Shown here piece after piece: positions 24,273 through 38,651 of a DNA stretch of 64,000 bases; position 1 is the first letter of the stretch, and every line of letters begins with the position of its first letter. The position numbers and the translations under genes were made by a program. The DNA lies in the NCBI GenBank assembly GCA_964106645.2, contig OZ067050.1. One strand, written 5' to 3'. The DNA comes from Podarcis pityusensis (lineage: Eukaryota). Below the pieces are notes generated by a model, which searched no databases, was not told the origin of the DNA, and was given only the letters and a program-made list of their open reading frames with translations.

Positions 24273-27200
24273 AGTTGACCCCCTCACTTAACAGCATTTT
24301 GCTGTATAACAAAAACCTTTTTGGTTTTTTATATTGGTATTTATTTATTTTTTGCTTTCCAATGCTTTTGTTTTATCAGCTACACCTGTCTTATTTTATT
24401 ATCTCTGGTTGTATATATTTGACTGTATCCAGTGCTCAGAGTACACCCTCTGCAATTAATGACCATTTCTTACTTAGGTCCATCCATTTCAATAGGTCTG
24501 CTTTGAGTATTGGATACAACCTACTGTATTTCCTAGAACATTAATATTTTATAGTGGATTTCAATTGTTGTTAGCCGTCCTAAGTAGTATGTAAGTGCTA
24601 GAAGGGCAAGATCTAAATGTTCAAGGCAAATCACAACCCTTGTAGCTTTCTGAAAAGCTAAGGATACCATCCCAAAAGCAAAGGAGAGAAGCCCCCTCCT
24701 TCTGTAATCTAAGCACCACAGGGCCTGAATACTAGCAAAGGTACCACTTCGCTTTTCTTGGAGCACCCAAGACCAGAGACTACACAATAACATTCTCAAA
24801 TCACCTCTTCCAGATTAAGGGGGACCAACTAAGGGTGCCTTGTGCAAACTCCCCCCAGAATCCTGAAGCTGGAACTGCATCCTAAAGTGCATTCTCAGTT
24901 CATCTGGAGCAATGCCAAATCCCTGCAAGGGTAACCAGCATCCTTCACAAACCATGCATGCCCCCTAGAATGCATCCCAGAATCCTTTGCAATGCAGAGG
25001 GGTTTGGCAGCAGACCAACGGATGCTGCTGCCAGGGTTCTCTGGGGTCAGCAAGTTTGAAAGCCAGTGGCCTTAATCTCTCTTTCTTCATCCCAGTTTCC
25101 TCCCTTGGGTTTTTAGCTGCTGATTCTTTGTTGTGGTGCAAAAGCTGCTTCTCCCTTTGCATGAAAAGACCTGATCTAGCTGTTTTTCAGGGTAAGGATG
25201 TCTAGGGTAGCCCATCTCTGGCTGTGGATTAACTTTGTCCTTCCAAAATGACTCATATGCCTACATCGAAGGGCCTGTTTTGGCAACTTAAGCCACATTT
25301 GATCAAGAATTATTATTTTCTTCTTCTACGGAGGGATGGGGGTGGAGAGGAGGAGGAGGAGGCAAGCTTGGCAGCTATGCTAGGATTTAGATGATTTAGA
25401 AGTACTGGAACATTTCATTTTGATTTACATATAAAATTGATCCACTAGCCGTTTATCGGAAAAGGCACTGAGAATCAGGACTGAAGGGCGTTTGCCAATA
25501 CATACGTCGCCCTCCTATTTCCTCTCCTCTTTGAGCAGAGTAGAGCATCTGTGAAGATTCCCTGGCATTGCTTGCTCTTACAGAGTTAAGGAGGTGACTC
25601 TTGCCTGCATTTCTGCATGTGGAAAGAGCATCCCAAATACCCAAGATACACTAGGGCTCAAGTAGCAGATGGGTCCTCCTATGAGCTGGCAAGGACAATC
25701 AAGTTGTTGGCAGGGAATCCCACAAGGGAGACAGTCATGCACATCCCCAGCAAAGGCTGAGAGCCAGGATGACTGGGTTCCCTAGGAATCAGTGGGCCCA
25801 TCTATGAAGATTTCTGGGCTCTTTCAGAGAGCAGTTGGGGGGGGGGATGAAGAATGTAGGAGCAAGACCTCTTGAGATCTTTTAGAATGACTGAGACTAG
25901 GAAAGTGCTTGTGGCAGGAAAAGATAGGGAAGGCTAATACCTTTGAGCAGAGAAGGCTTGAAAAGGCAGGATGCCTAGTTGACAGCGGATAGTCAGAATT
26001 CATAAGGGGTGCGGCTGAGGAATGGGAATGCAGACAGGCGAGAATTGGACTACAGTCTGAAAAGTATATCACAGTGAAAGCAGCTGACCACTACCCCTTA
26101 CTGCGCATGCACACACACACACACACACACACACAAGTTCTCCTGCTCTTTGGTGGCCATTCACCCAGCAAATCTTCAAAGACAGGCAACAAGGCAGAGG
26201 TGGGGGAAGGTTGCATGCTGTAGGGCCCCCAGGGCTCACGGCCAGTTCCTGCCATCCTCTCCCAAGCGCTCCAGTTGCCCTGGGCCAGAAAGGCCATTTG
26301 CAGCAAGTGCAGTGGAGGAGCAAGGATTCACTTAATTGGACAGGATCTTGGCTATGCATCGAACATGGCAGAGGGAGAAAAGGGGGAGGCCCAGGGGGAT
26401 GTGGTTGCTAGAACATCTCCTAATGCTATCAGGGAGACACATCAGCCTCTGTCTCACTGCATCCCGCCCCCCATCACCCAGTGCACCGTTTTATATCTCC
26501 GCTCCTTGGTAGGAACTTCACATTTCCCACCTCAGTTCCTCACATCCAAGTGTAAGTGCCTTTCTGTCCCCATGGCAACAACTTCCCCGCAACTTCATCA
26601 ACTAGGTTTATGCCCTCACTTCCGTACACCATGCTGGTAAGAGTCTTCCCTCCTGCTGTTCCACCAGTCATATTTCCACAACACTGCCCTTCCCAGGGCT
26701 GGTCAAATACATTTTTCTACCTGAGGCAAAGGGCAAGATGGTGTCCCACCCAAATTGCATATTCGGAAGCAATTCGGAAGTGGGCCGGCAGCTGAAACTT
26801 GCTTCAACACTGATGAGGGCAGCCTAGTGGGTGCATGACAGGTAATGTGGCAGACACATTCCTATTTTAGAGTAGAGGAGAACAACCAAAGGGTTCAGGA
26901 AGAACAGATGGGGGGCTGGTTCCACAGCATCTGCTGGGGTGATTTTGATCTCTGGGCTAGGAAAAGCTTCTTAGGTATTTTCTGTATATAAACAATAGCC
27001 CTACCATGAGGCAGTGGTGGACCTTAAGAAGGGTAGTGTGTCTTGATATAGGGTATGCTCTTCAGGTGCCAAATTGTCCAACCAGCCCCAGTTCTGTTTG
27101 TCAGGCTGCTTTCAAAGGCACAGGAGGAGAGCCAATAAAAAAAAATCTGGCAATCCTTCGGATAGGTTTTCTGTGAAGTACGCAATCCATTTGATTTATT

Positions 27201-27439
27201 TTAAAGCAAAGAAGAGAAGTATGCTTCAGTTTGGAAAAGGGAGTTCATAAATCTTTTATAAAAAAAAAGATGGGAAGGTTCAGGAAGTGGCTGAGCCATG
27301 TGGAGAGGTCTGCTAATTTTGTTCATTGCACTGGCCACTTTTTATTTTTATTATATTATTTCAGCATTTATACCCCACTGTCTATTACAGTCATACCCAA
27401 AGTGGCTTACAAAAGAAAATGTAATGCTACTTATTTCAT

Positions 27440-27612
27440 TTGGGCCTAGTTAGACCACATTTAGAGTACTTAGTTTAGCTCTGGGCACAAGAGTTTAATA
27501 AAGAAGGATGTTGACAACAGATTCTGAGGAGAGCTAGAAAGACGCGAAAGGGCCGAGAAGACAAATCATGCCAGGAAAGGCTAAAGGAACTGAGTATGTT
27601 TAGCCTAGAGCT
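27440..27612 (+). mobile_element. Degraded CR1 ORF2 fragment
   Basis: CTAGTTAGACCACATTTAGAGTAC..AGGCTAAAGGAACTGAGTATGTTTAGCCTAGAG (remnants of LVRPHLEY and RLKEL.MFSL). Confidence 0.6.
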
Positions 27613-29632
27613 GTGGTTTTCAAACTGTTCCTAGAAATCTTTTGCGACATGCGGGGATTCCATGGAGATGTGCAACATTTACTCAGCCAACAAATCAGTG
27701 CGGAAAAAGTCCCTGAGGGCAGCAATATGAAATTCACTAACCTAGGGGGAAAGATCGGGGGGAGAAGAGTATATGCAACAATTGCCAAGTATTAAAAAAT
27801 GTCAGAAAGAGCAGGAGCAGTTGTTCATCCTATTTGCTAGAAAAGAGGCTAAGAAGCAATGGGATTAAATTTAGGAGCTTATCAGATGACTGGGTTTGGG
27901 GTGGATGAACCGTGTTCAATACACATGCAGGTGTTGATTATTAGTGGCACAGGATTCTTTCAGAAATCTTTAAAAAAACCAAAAAACATTATTTGTTTCA
28001 GCACATGATTTTGCCAGCACTCAAACACCATTACTGTGATATTGGGAACATGTGATTTTTCCGTCTACAGTGTGTGAAATTTGATTGTGCAGTGTAATAG
28101 GAACCTGATGGATAAGTTTGCCTGTGACATCACTGAAAGACACATCACCTTCAATAGTTTCCCATGACCTTTCTGAAATTTTGTTTTTAATGTCATTTTT
28201 TTGAAATTAAAGGCTGCACCATGCCAGCAAGGGAGTGTTTCAGTCCTTTATTTTGTATGCAGTAAAGCTCCCTCCTGTCTGCAATATTGTTCCACAATTT
28301 CATGGAGCCTTTCTCTCTCAGAAAAACTGTTCTCTGCAAGAGTGACCCTGTCCCCCTTTCTAGAATAATTGCCTCACAAGATAAGATATAATTATCTATG
28401 TTAACCTACAATAACGTCACCAATTCTACTGATCAAATAATAGGCGTCGTTATCAGAGGGGGAGAACTCCCCTTCTCAAAGTTGTTTGATCAAAACTGAG
28501 AGGCTTGATATGGATCATTATCTTAAATGAGGACAACAAAGATGCTTTTATTAAGGGATAGCAGCTCTTGATATTCACATATCAAAAGGCCATCACAAAA
28601 TGGATATTATTTCAGACTATTGTAGCTCTAGGAATGAAAACCTAAAAAAACCCTCCAAACCCAAATGTTCTTTATCTGTACATTTTTACTTGGTAGCCAC
28701 AACAAGTGTATGAGCTACTTACTATGTTTTCTGTTTGATTAATGAACTGTGCTAAAAATAAAGAATGCCATTTTGTAGCTGCCTTCTTTCAGAACACTTC
28801 TGCACTACGCATTTATTTAATCTATGATTTTCTTCACAGAACCTGAGAAATGTTTTGTAAGAGGTTCCTAGTTCTTCCACATAATACAACTCCCAAGTTT
28901 CCCTTAAGGAGGGAATCACTATTCCTATCACAAGCGACACTCCACATATTACAAGAATCCTCATAATCACATGTTAACAGAGACAACAGTTTCTTCTTTT
29001 TACCCATTTGCTTGAGCAAATCTTAATGTGAGTACAAAAGGGTAGCGAAATAGGTAATCAATTTACATCAACTGAACTTGAATGTGGCCCAAATATAATA
29101 ATAGAAAGTGGAGGAAAGTCCAAAGTTCATTTTCTCAGAAAGGTTTAGCTGACCTGAAGTTTTCAAAACAGTTTAAATCTAGCAAGATTTTTTGAAATTT
29201 TATTTCTACACTTTGGACATTGATCATCATTTATATATTTTAAGGCAATTATGCAAAGCATCAACTTGCTCAATTCAGTAATGTACATCTGATTTGCAGA
29301 GTACGCACTTTAAAAACTTACAGCAGCATTCATTACGATAAAAATGGTGTAAAGAATTGCTGCTAGAAGAAAATTGATTTGATTACAGACAAGCAAATTT
29401 GTGTTTGCCTAAGAATTTGCTCCACCCACCCACACTCCCAAAAAATATTTGTTGTATCTCAGGATGGGAAAGGTAGCTAGGTGGTTGTTTTGTTTTTTGT
29501 CTGTTTTTTGAGCTGGGAATTCTGGGGAAGGCGCAAAGGTACTATTGAGAAGCCAGGAGTCTGAGGTTTCTTCTTACTTGTGCATCACTTCTCTTTTTTC
29601 CAATCTCACCCCTTTCCCTTATCCGTTCACAG

Positions 29633-29827
29633 ATTCCAAGCAGAATGGTGATGCAGCAAATGCAGCATTGGCTAATGAGGACTGCCCCACCATAGACCAG
29701 GCCCTGTCACCTGAGGAGAAGTCACCTGTCACACCTGGCGGTCGGGAACGCTACAACCGTGACCGAGCCTGCTTTCTCCTCTCCACAGGTGACTTTGGTC
29801 AGTCACCTGATGGGAACATCCGAAAAG
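29633..29827 (+). CDS. KCNC3: KCNC3 coding exon 3 (cytoplasmic C-terminus)
   Basis: Acceptor ccgttcacag|AT. Encodes [65 protein letters not shown], resembling mammalian Kv3.3 exon 3. 195 nt, phase 1-1; donor G|GTACAT. Confidence 0.93.
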
Positions 29828-30137
29828 GTACATACATGTGCATACTTTTTGCCCTGTCTCTTTCGCAAGAGCATCTAAACAAGTAGTCCAAGTACGACAT
29901 CTCCCTTTCCCACATCACCACCACCTCCATAACCCTTGTCATAGCAAAACCTCAAATTGCCACATTTCTGAGGTAATAAAAGGCAACTGCTAATGTGTAC
30001 TTTGTTTAAATATAACCCTGTCATGAGGGTTAAAAGGTCATGACAAATTAAAATGAGGCAGATGATGCCCTAGCAACTGGAAGGCCTCAACTTGCCCATC
30101 TTTGCTACCATAGCAACAGCATCCATCGTTCCAAGAA

Positions 30138-30153
30138 CAGCGCCCTCTAGTGC
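30138..30153 (-). promoter_or_regulatory. Candidate CTCF motif
   Basis: Minus strand GCACTAGAGGGCGCTG resembles CCACTAGRGGGCGC; motif match only. Confidence 0.35.
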
Positions 30154-33100
30154 TTCTTTTCAATTGGCAACCAGCCAGCACAATTGATCTTAAGCAATTT
30201 GGGTTCAAATTGGGGAGGGAGAAGTAGGTCCTCCCCTTCCAGCATTCCCAGTTGCTTCCTGTGATTTTCATGACCTCCGAGATTACCAGCTCAGCCCTGT
30301 GTTATGTTCCCTGCACACACACCCAGCTCCATTATCACATCCACTCAACAAATAGATGCTTTTTTGGTCAGCCCTTGCTTTGTGTCAGTCCCCCATCTCC
30401 TTCCATGTTTTCTCCCTTACTTGTATCATTCTGTCCCACAGTGACTGTAGGTGCTCTTCACATTCCTGAAGCTACTATTTTGAAGGAAACAACAGCAGCA
30501 AAGAGTAGACTACCTTATTCTCAGTGACTAGTTGTGATGAAAATCCTACCAGTATTCTCCCTCCTACCCACCCTTGCCCTGCTGTTGTTGTCCTTTGAAT
30601 AGGAAAAAAAACAGACTTTAACCCAACTGACCTGGATTTAAATCCTTACTTAAACATGGACCCCATAAACACCACTCCCCATCTATAAAATGGAAATAGT
30701 AATAATAAGCTACCTTTCAGGAGCGCAGTCAAGAAAGATTATGTTTGCTGTGAGCCTTAGGTAGGATGTAAACCTAAGTGAATAATGAGTCAAATATAAA
30801 TAAGCTGGGGGGTGTTTTCCATTCATTCATTTTGGGGCCATTTCTTGTTTTAAAGCTGCCTGTGCAAACTCTCGAAGTTCAAAATGTGGTTTGACAATTC
30901 TGGGCAATAGTAGTTTCATGAGAAATTGCCACCAATGCAATTAGTGCTTCCACCACCACTCCTCAATTTCTCTTAAAGTGATCTCAAATCTCCAAACTAT
31001 TTCAGGACTCAGGTGAAGCTAAAGAGAGGTTTGTTGGGGGACCAGCTTCAGAATACGAAACTATGCATTTAGAGCTCAATGGAAAATGTTTATGTCCCTA
31101 TAGAACCCAACCTAGAATTTCAGTCTCTCTGCTGAAAAAACACAAATTATGTACTTTAAATAGGATCATTTAAAATTTCAAATATTGTGAAAGTTGGCTA
31201 TAATTGGATAAGGAAGCCAATGCAAGGGGGAGTCTGTACAGGATACAGGGATGAGGAACATGGATAGGATGTGGATAGGATTTCTTCCCTTGTCTGTTGA
31301 CCTGCCCCCATTAGGCTTTGAGAGTTTGTCCTTCTGCACTTTTGTTCCAGAAAGAGGCTTAGGAACTTGTATTTTTTTACAAAAAGGAGGCTGAAAGGAG
31401 GTCAATTTCAGATTTCTGAAAAGTGGTCAGTTTAATAGGTTCTCATAGTCATTTATACATATTAGGATTCCCCCCCCTTTTTAAAAAACAACAACCTTTA
31501 AAACCACATTTCAGTCATCTGCATAGACAGAAAAGCTAGTTAGAGCAGGGCAGTTAGCTATTAACATTGGAAGGCATCATTACAATTTAGAATTTACAGT
31601 TTAAACACTGGACTGCTGTCACTGATCAATCTGATTTCAGTACTGCTGGAAAACCTACCAATAGTTCTTATGAGACCTCTTCCATTTGCAGTCCTCCATC
31701 CTAAATTAGGCGAGAGCCAATCTTAGTTTTGCCCATCTCACTGTGGAAAGGTATGGGAGGACATTGCCCCTCTGGAGAGGAATCAGCAGCAACGTGTGTT
31801 GAGTGTTTTATAACTGCTGGTCTAGCATCTGTCAGAAGCTGATCTTAGCAGCAGGCAGCCTCTCGAACAGGGACAAGGTTGTGCCTGTCACAGCAGGGGA
31901 ACAGGAGGAGGCAGCAAATGAAAGCTGACGAGGTATTTACTTCCACCGAGGGAGAGAACACGACAGATGTTCGAGGTGTTACACAGCAGGGAGAATCGGC
32001 AAGAAGCAGGCAAGGAGCAACTACAGAGAGCTCAAGGGAGCAGCGACTTGTCGGCTTGCCACTTGTCATTAGGTCCAAATCTTGACAATTATCTTTCTGG
32101 TCCACAGCTTTTGAGACATAAAATAGGTTTTGGTATAGGTATGATATTTTACTGGGAAGATTTCATTTGGCATAACAGCATGCAGACCTTTGAATTGCAC
32201 AGAATTATTCATCAAGCAGAATTAAGGTTATCACTTGGTTGAAGAAATTGTAGTCTATCAACCAAGTGAGTTTTAATTAGTCAGCTTGGCATATGATGAC
32301 TAAAACAATAGCTTTGAAGAAAGGAAGTGTACTTCCTTTAGGTTTTGGTGGTGCATGTATATGTTACAGCAGGCACTGGCGAATGGCTTTTCTCAGATGG
32401 TGTTGGTTGTGCACCATTTCAAATTATTATTATTTTAAGAAAAGAGTTGTCTTACTAACTGGCGGTGTCTTTTTAATCAGCTAAAAAGGTTTTTAATTAC
32501 TTAACCAGTTAATCAATTTGCGGTTTCAGTCTTGGGCAGTCAGTGTCAGGAAAAGGAAGCAAAGGGACAACAGGTGCACAACAGAGTTCTTCTTATCTTA
32601 CAAGTCACATGGCTCATATAAATTGATGCAACAGTCAGTTTCCAGCAAAGGGCAGAGTCTCCCAGCTTTCCTGACTAGCAAAACAAGCCTAAGGGCTGAT
32701 CCACACTTACTTTTTGCCCTGTGCCTTCTTGGGCATGGATCTGCACTTTCCCTGTCTAAGAGCTTTTTATTTTCCCCCTACCACTTTCCTCAGGAAAACC
32801 TGCTCCTTAATGCTGAATCAGAACAAACAGCAATTCAGGTTTTCCACAGGATTGTTTTCAGTGGTAAAGGGTGGGTTTTCGCAGGGAAAGTGCTGGGACC
32901 AAAAAAAAAGCACTCAAACATGGAGATTTAAAGCACAGACCTGTGCCTAGAAACGTGACACAAAAGGAAGTCTGGATGAACTCTGAGTTCCACCTGGTCC
33001 CCCAACGCTTATTGGTGAAAATACCAGGACTGTCACCAAGATTAAAGGAAACTCTGATGATGAACTATATGAGTTTTAGCCAATTAATAAATTTAGATTT

Positions 33101-33864
33101 GCACAAATTTGAATATAGGTAAAGCAGTACCTTCTGAAGGGGATTTTTTTATATACATCAGATACGTTTGTATCACAGCAGGTATTTTAGAAGAGAGATT
33201 TTCACATGCATACTATGTGAATATGTGCAATAAAAGTGGAAATGCCTCTTTCAAGTGTGTTTGCAATATGCAATTGTTAAGGATACCTGCATTAAAACTA
33301 ATACCTTTTTTGGGGGATGGGATCTGCTATCTGATTAATCAAAGCACCTTTTTAAACCAAGCAGAGATTTTTATTAAATGATTAATGTAATTGTTTATTG
33401 ATTAAACATTGTAGTGCTTAGGAAGAAATTCATTGCTAATGTGACTGATCTGCCTACAGTTCCCTCCATTTATCTGAAATGGGTAGCAGGGCGTATTTTG
33501 AATCCATCCCTGATATCCTTGCAATTCAATGCATATCTACCTAGAAGCAAGTCTCACTTAGTTCAATGAATGCTGGTTAGTGTTGTCCGTTTTTCAGCCA
33601 AACCTGCATAGGTGCCCCTTTAACTGCTGTTTGTTCTGCAACCATTAGCAATTGATCATGCATAGATGTTTGCCAAAAAAGCTTCACCTGCTGTTTTCTG
33701 TTTATAAAATTTCTGTTAATGGGCCAGAGGGTCCTTCTACACCCACCTCACCTCCGCTGATACTCAATTCTAGCTACTAATGTAAGATTACTGAGGAATA
33801 GGGTCATGAGAGACTGAGAAAGCTATTCCTGAAGTTCAGGAGTAGCCTACTCAAAAATACTTTC

Positions 33865-34015
33865 AAGGAGTCTTGTGACATCTTAAAGACTAACAAATGT
33901 CACTGAGCTCGAGTCCATGAAAGCTTATGCCATAATAAATTTGTTGGAATTTAAGGGACTACAAGACTCTTAAATTGTTTTTGCTGCAAGAGATAATATA
34001 GCTACCCCTCTGGAA
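33865..34015 (+). mobile_element. Degraded Penelope-like terminal fragment
   Basis: Imperfect inverted arms 33868-33898 / 33939-33969 around GTCCATGAAAGCTTATGCC (3' half of a hammerhead). Confidence 0.55.
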
Positions 34016-37000
34016 TTTATAACAAAATACTTCGGGACTTCAAACAGAATCCATCAGTAAAGGTTATGTTTACTGTACTCACAATTACAATGCAAGAACC
34101 CAAGTGCGCTGTTCAGCTAAATGTATTTTGTGTTTAACAAGGTAGCAAATTGTAATTCCCAACCTCTATTTAGTCTTTTGTCCTTTCATAGTCAGTGTTA
34201 GGCTTCAATCAGCTAAACAAACAAACGTACCCCAAAACTTTGTTCTTTTTTTTCTTCAGGTCTTAATTAGAGCCTCAGGCTTTACTCAGTTAATCAACTA
34301 AATATTTGGTTGATTAATGTGGGGACTAGTATTAATTGGTGGAGCTGACAGTAAAGTGCACAATCATATTTTGATCCCAATTGGCTACTGTAATAGTGAG
34401 TAAAAAAGAAAACACTCCTTTTGTTCTACCAAAATGTGTAACAGAGGGAGTTTTAGCAGAATTAGCTGTTTGTATTCTTGCAAGGGAAACTGTCCCTGGT
34501 GAATTTTTTTTTTTAATATCTGCCATCTGATTAAAATAAATCTTTGTTATTATTCATAGGAGTTTTAGTTCATTAATCCATCAATCAAATATTTACATGT
34601 AGGAAAACCAACAGAGCCAAACTTGTCACAGAAGGTATCACCTTGGAAAAGGCATTTTCCCTTTCTCATAAAGGAGGGAATGCAAATGCTAAAATGGTGC
34701 TTACTTTTGGCAGTCTCTCTCTAGATTTACATTAAAGCTAATTTCTAAAAAATTAAAATATGATGCTGAATAGAACAGTGCTTTTGATCAACAAATATTT
34801 GCACCTGATTACCATAGATGGAGTTCAGGGTGTCATAGTGGACAATTTTTGCTTTAATTGGGTAAAGGTCTACCTAGCCTTGTGTGTGCACTAAAGAAAA
34901 TATCTGCCTCTGTTCACTGTATTTGACGCCATTTTCCTTTCTTGGTCCTCCAAGCAAACATGGAGAAGCAGACAGAGTTGTCCCCTCCCCACACTTGGCA
35001 CACTTAAGCCAGTCTCAGTGGTCCCAGATATGCCAGAGTGCATTCTGGGATATCACCTAGGAGCACATGTGTGGGCGGAAATGTCCTTGGCAAAGAGCCA
35101 CAGCAATCTTACCACCAGATTAAAAAGATGTCTGGACAAGCATGAATAAAGCGATGGTGTTATTGAAATACCACTTGGTAATTTATCACATCACAGCCTC
35201 AGGATAAACACGATGCATGAAAAGCAGACTTAAGGCCGCAACCCATTAACCAGGCACTGTGGAGAGAGATCACCTGTTCACTTATATGAGGCTCCTTTTT
35301 GGAGTTAAATGGGTTTTGGATTGCCGGATAAGAGAGAGAGAAGCAAAGGGCCAGAGGGGAGAAAGCCTATTGTTCATAAGCAATTGCTAATTAATCCCAG
35401 TGTATGTAAATTAAAAAAGGAAGGGAAACCATTGCTCTGATGTTCTTGCTTACTAGCTGAAGTATAAAGAGTGCTACGGCACCCTAGAGCCTAACAGTAC
35501 AATCCTAACCACATCCACTCAGAATTAAGTCCTGTTGAGGACTTGGGCTTACTTCCAAGAAAGTGGAGTTAGAATTGGAGCACAACTAGTTTACTGTGGC
35601 GATAGCCTTTTTCATCAGCAGGCTAGTAGTTTTCCGATGTCTTGCCCTGAAAATAGCCCTTTCCATGTCACCTGTTTCCCCCTAGAAGTTCCTGTGCATT
35701 GGCCACAGAACCTCTCTGTGTCGCAGATGGTTCTGGGGGATATCCAAGAACTCCGTATGCTCCAACTGCTTCTGTTTATGATGGACAGCCCCTATTTTGA
35801 GTTAACTGGCCTTGGTAAATCGGTGTCCCTATTTTTGCCTTGTGTGCAGTGCACAACCTACCATATCACTCACTGCAGGTGCTGAGGTATACTTTGGGTT
35901 GTGATCCATTACTAGACAGTTTTGTGATTTCAAATATATCTTTAATCAAAATAACAACCACCTTGTGAAGGTCAAGCTATTGCAGACTAAAGAAATAAAG
36001 CATGCAACAGACAGAGTCTTCATTAACATGCAGTGGAGGGCTCTTTTGAATGAGGAGTATGACAAGCATGTTCCTGTTTTCATCTGTGAAATGCTTGGCA
36101 CCCAATCAGTTCAAACTGGACATCAGCTGGGGCTGTTAAGCCAATCTGTTGCCCCCATGCAAATAGAGAGTACCCTTCTAGAGTGCTTACAGCATCTTTC
36201 GTATGTTTGCAGTTAAGAGATTAGACCAGCTGTTCATCTGGGATTTTAATCTACAAACACATTTTTATAAATACTCAATGTACTGTTCATTTGCATACAC
36301 TTATTAAGCCCTAAGTATGTGAATATTAACTGACGTATGCTTTTAAATCAAATATAACACTCAGGGCAAGACCACTGCTGATTTACTTATCGACATTAAT
36401 AAATCTCAATGCGCACAAACTGTAACAAAATGTTGGAGGTGAGGTTTGAGTCAAGGCACACAGCTACAGAATCTGATTTCAGTAGCAGGGCTCATTCCCG
36501 GAATACATTACAGTAAAATAAATAGAATGTCTGAGCATGTGCAGAGCATCAGTTCCACTGAATAGCTGCACAGTGTTATGCCAGATTTAATATTGGGGAG
36601 CAGAATTTTTAGGGCAGATAGTAGGGGGTGATTTGTGCCCTCGTACCTTTTAGAGATTAAGTGCTCTTTACATCCTAATCCAAATGTATGCAAATTAACA
36701 TGGGAAATAGGCCACTGCTTTGTGCATCATTGTTAATCCAGATGTCTGCAAATGGAAATTTTCTTATTGCATAGCACCAAGGCTAAGCGCACACGCACGC
36801 GCACACACACACACACAATAAAATAAAATTAAAACTTGATATGAAGAGGGAGAGAGATCAAGCCGAGGACTGCTGGGTTAAACATTATGCTAATGTAAAC
36901 GAGGGAGTGGGTCTTTTGTTCAGCATAGTAATCATGTTTCCAATAGGGTGGTGTAGTCCATCCTGTGCCTTGCACTAGTCGCCTATCATATTCCCTGTAG

Positions 37001-37564
37001 CTCAGAATATAATGGATGTTCCTTCATGGGAGGGTAGGGGGAGAGAGAGAGCTGTGTTCCCAGCTGGTGGAAAATTTAGGACATTGGTAGCCTGACCAGC
37101 ATGAGGAGACTGCTGAATACCATCTGCACCACAGAAAAATTCTTAGGCAAGACAGGATGGGGCTGATGGGAGTGAGTCACAGAATCATAGGGTTTTATTT
37201 TGTTTTAAGCTCGTGTGCTGCTGTTTCCTCAGTGCTGCACACCATTATTTTCTGGGTCAGTGCAGCAGGGGAGCATATGCCCGCGCTGCCCAGGGCGGGC
37301 GAGCTCCCGAGGGGTGTGTGGCATGGAGGGTGCCCTCCCAGGTGCGGGATAGCCACTCGGGTGCCCGGAGCAAGCCGTCCATGGCAGACATTCAGCATGC
37401 TGCCCGCCCACGACTCCCAAGCCTCCCCCAAGCTGTCAAAACGAAGGGGAAAGCGGGGAATGGCACCGGCAAAGCGGCGCAGCTCCCCCCCTTACCCCGA
37501 CGGCTTGGGGTAGGCTTGGGAGTCGTGGACGGCATGCCGAATGTTACCCCCCTCACTGTATGTT

Positions 37565-37765
37565 ACTGGCTTTCATTATATTCCACCTTTCCTCTAAGGT
37601 GGTCAAGGCAGCAGTCAAGCCACCCTCATTTTCTTCATCACCACCATCATCATCATCACAAAGTAGGGCTGTGCTGACTAATAGTCACTGGCCCAAGGTG
37701 AACTCATTCTTGAACTGGGATTTGAGGCTTCCCCCATGCCAAGTCCCAACAATAGTACCTTACTG
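37565..37765 (-). mobile_element. Squam3-like SINE fragment
   Basis: CCACCTTTCCTCTAAGG..CACTGGCCCAAGGTGA..GGGATTTGA. Confidence 0.45.
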
Positions 37766-38184
37766 AGGACATTGCTAAATAATTTTGCAGCTCGTTCAGA
37801 TAGATTGGGAATCAAGCAAGCCAGCAAGCAGCAGTGAAAATGATGTGACAGAGATAAGCACCGCTGGAGTCTACTGTCCCAAATCAGGATAAGCGTAGCA
37901 GGAGATCACCTGCCTGTTTTAACAAAAAATTAATTACAAGCCAAGTAATAATAAATAAAATATGCAAGCAGGCTTGTTAGTTAATAATAATAATAATAAT
38001 GCCACATTTATTAAACAACAGCACTATCCAGTCATAATTAAGTAATAATACAGCAATGAAAATTATAGCTGTAGTTTAAAAACAGCTTAGAATGATTGAG
38101 GCAGAAGCCTGCTCTGTCATTAAACATGACATACTAATGGCCCTCCACTTCCTCTCTGAAGGCTGCACAGAGAAGCATTCCCCA

Positions 38185-38320
38185 CCACTTTTATCCTCAT
38201 AAACAACACAGTGAGTTAGGTTAGGCACAGAGATAGCGCCGCCTAGTGAATTCCGTGGTTAAGTGGGGATTTGAACCCAGGTCTCTCTCATCTACGGCAA
38301 GCGTCCTAACCATGACATCA
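38185..38320 (-). mobile_element. Squam3-like SINE fragment
   Basis: TTATCCTCATAAACAAC..GTTAGGTTAGGC..GGGGATTTGAACCCAGGTCTC. Confidence 0.55.
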
Positions 38321-38651
38321 TGCAGATTTACCTCTTAGTGGTAGCGCGTTAGAAGCTAAAAGCTAAAAAAGCAGGACTCCTGAGGGAGGGAAACCCAATG
38401 TATCAGGACAGGTGAGTCTGGGCACCAGGAGTCCTGAGCTCAGGTTGGGAGGTGGGCAAGAGAGGGGTGAGGGGTGGGAGAGGGGTGTTTCACAGCTGTG
38501 CCTTCCTCTACTTCATCACATGCCCATCTTCAGTGCCTCCTCCTCACACATCCTCTGTCTGTTTCTCCTACCCCTTTTCATTTCCATCCATTGCTCCTAC
38601 CCCCTATCCTTCCCCCTCTACCCCACTGCCCACCAAACCCGGGCCCCATAG

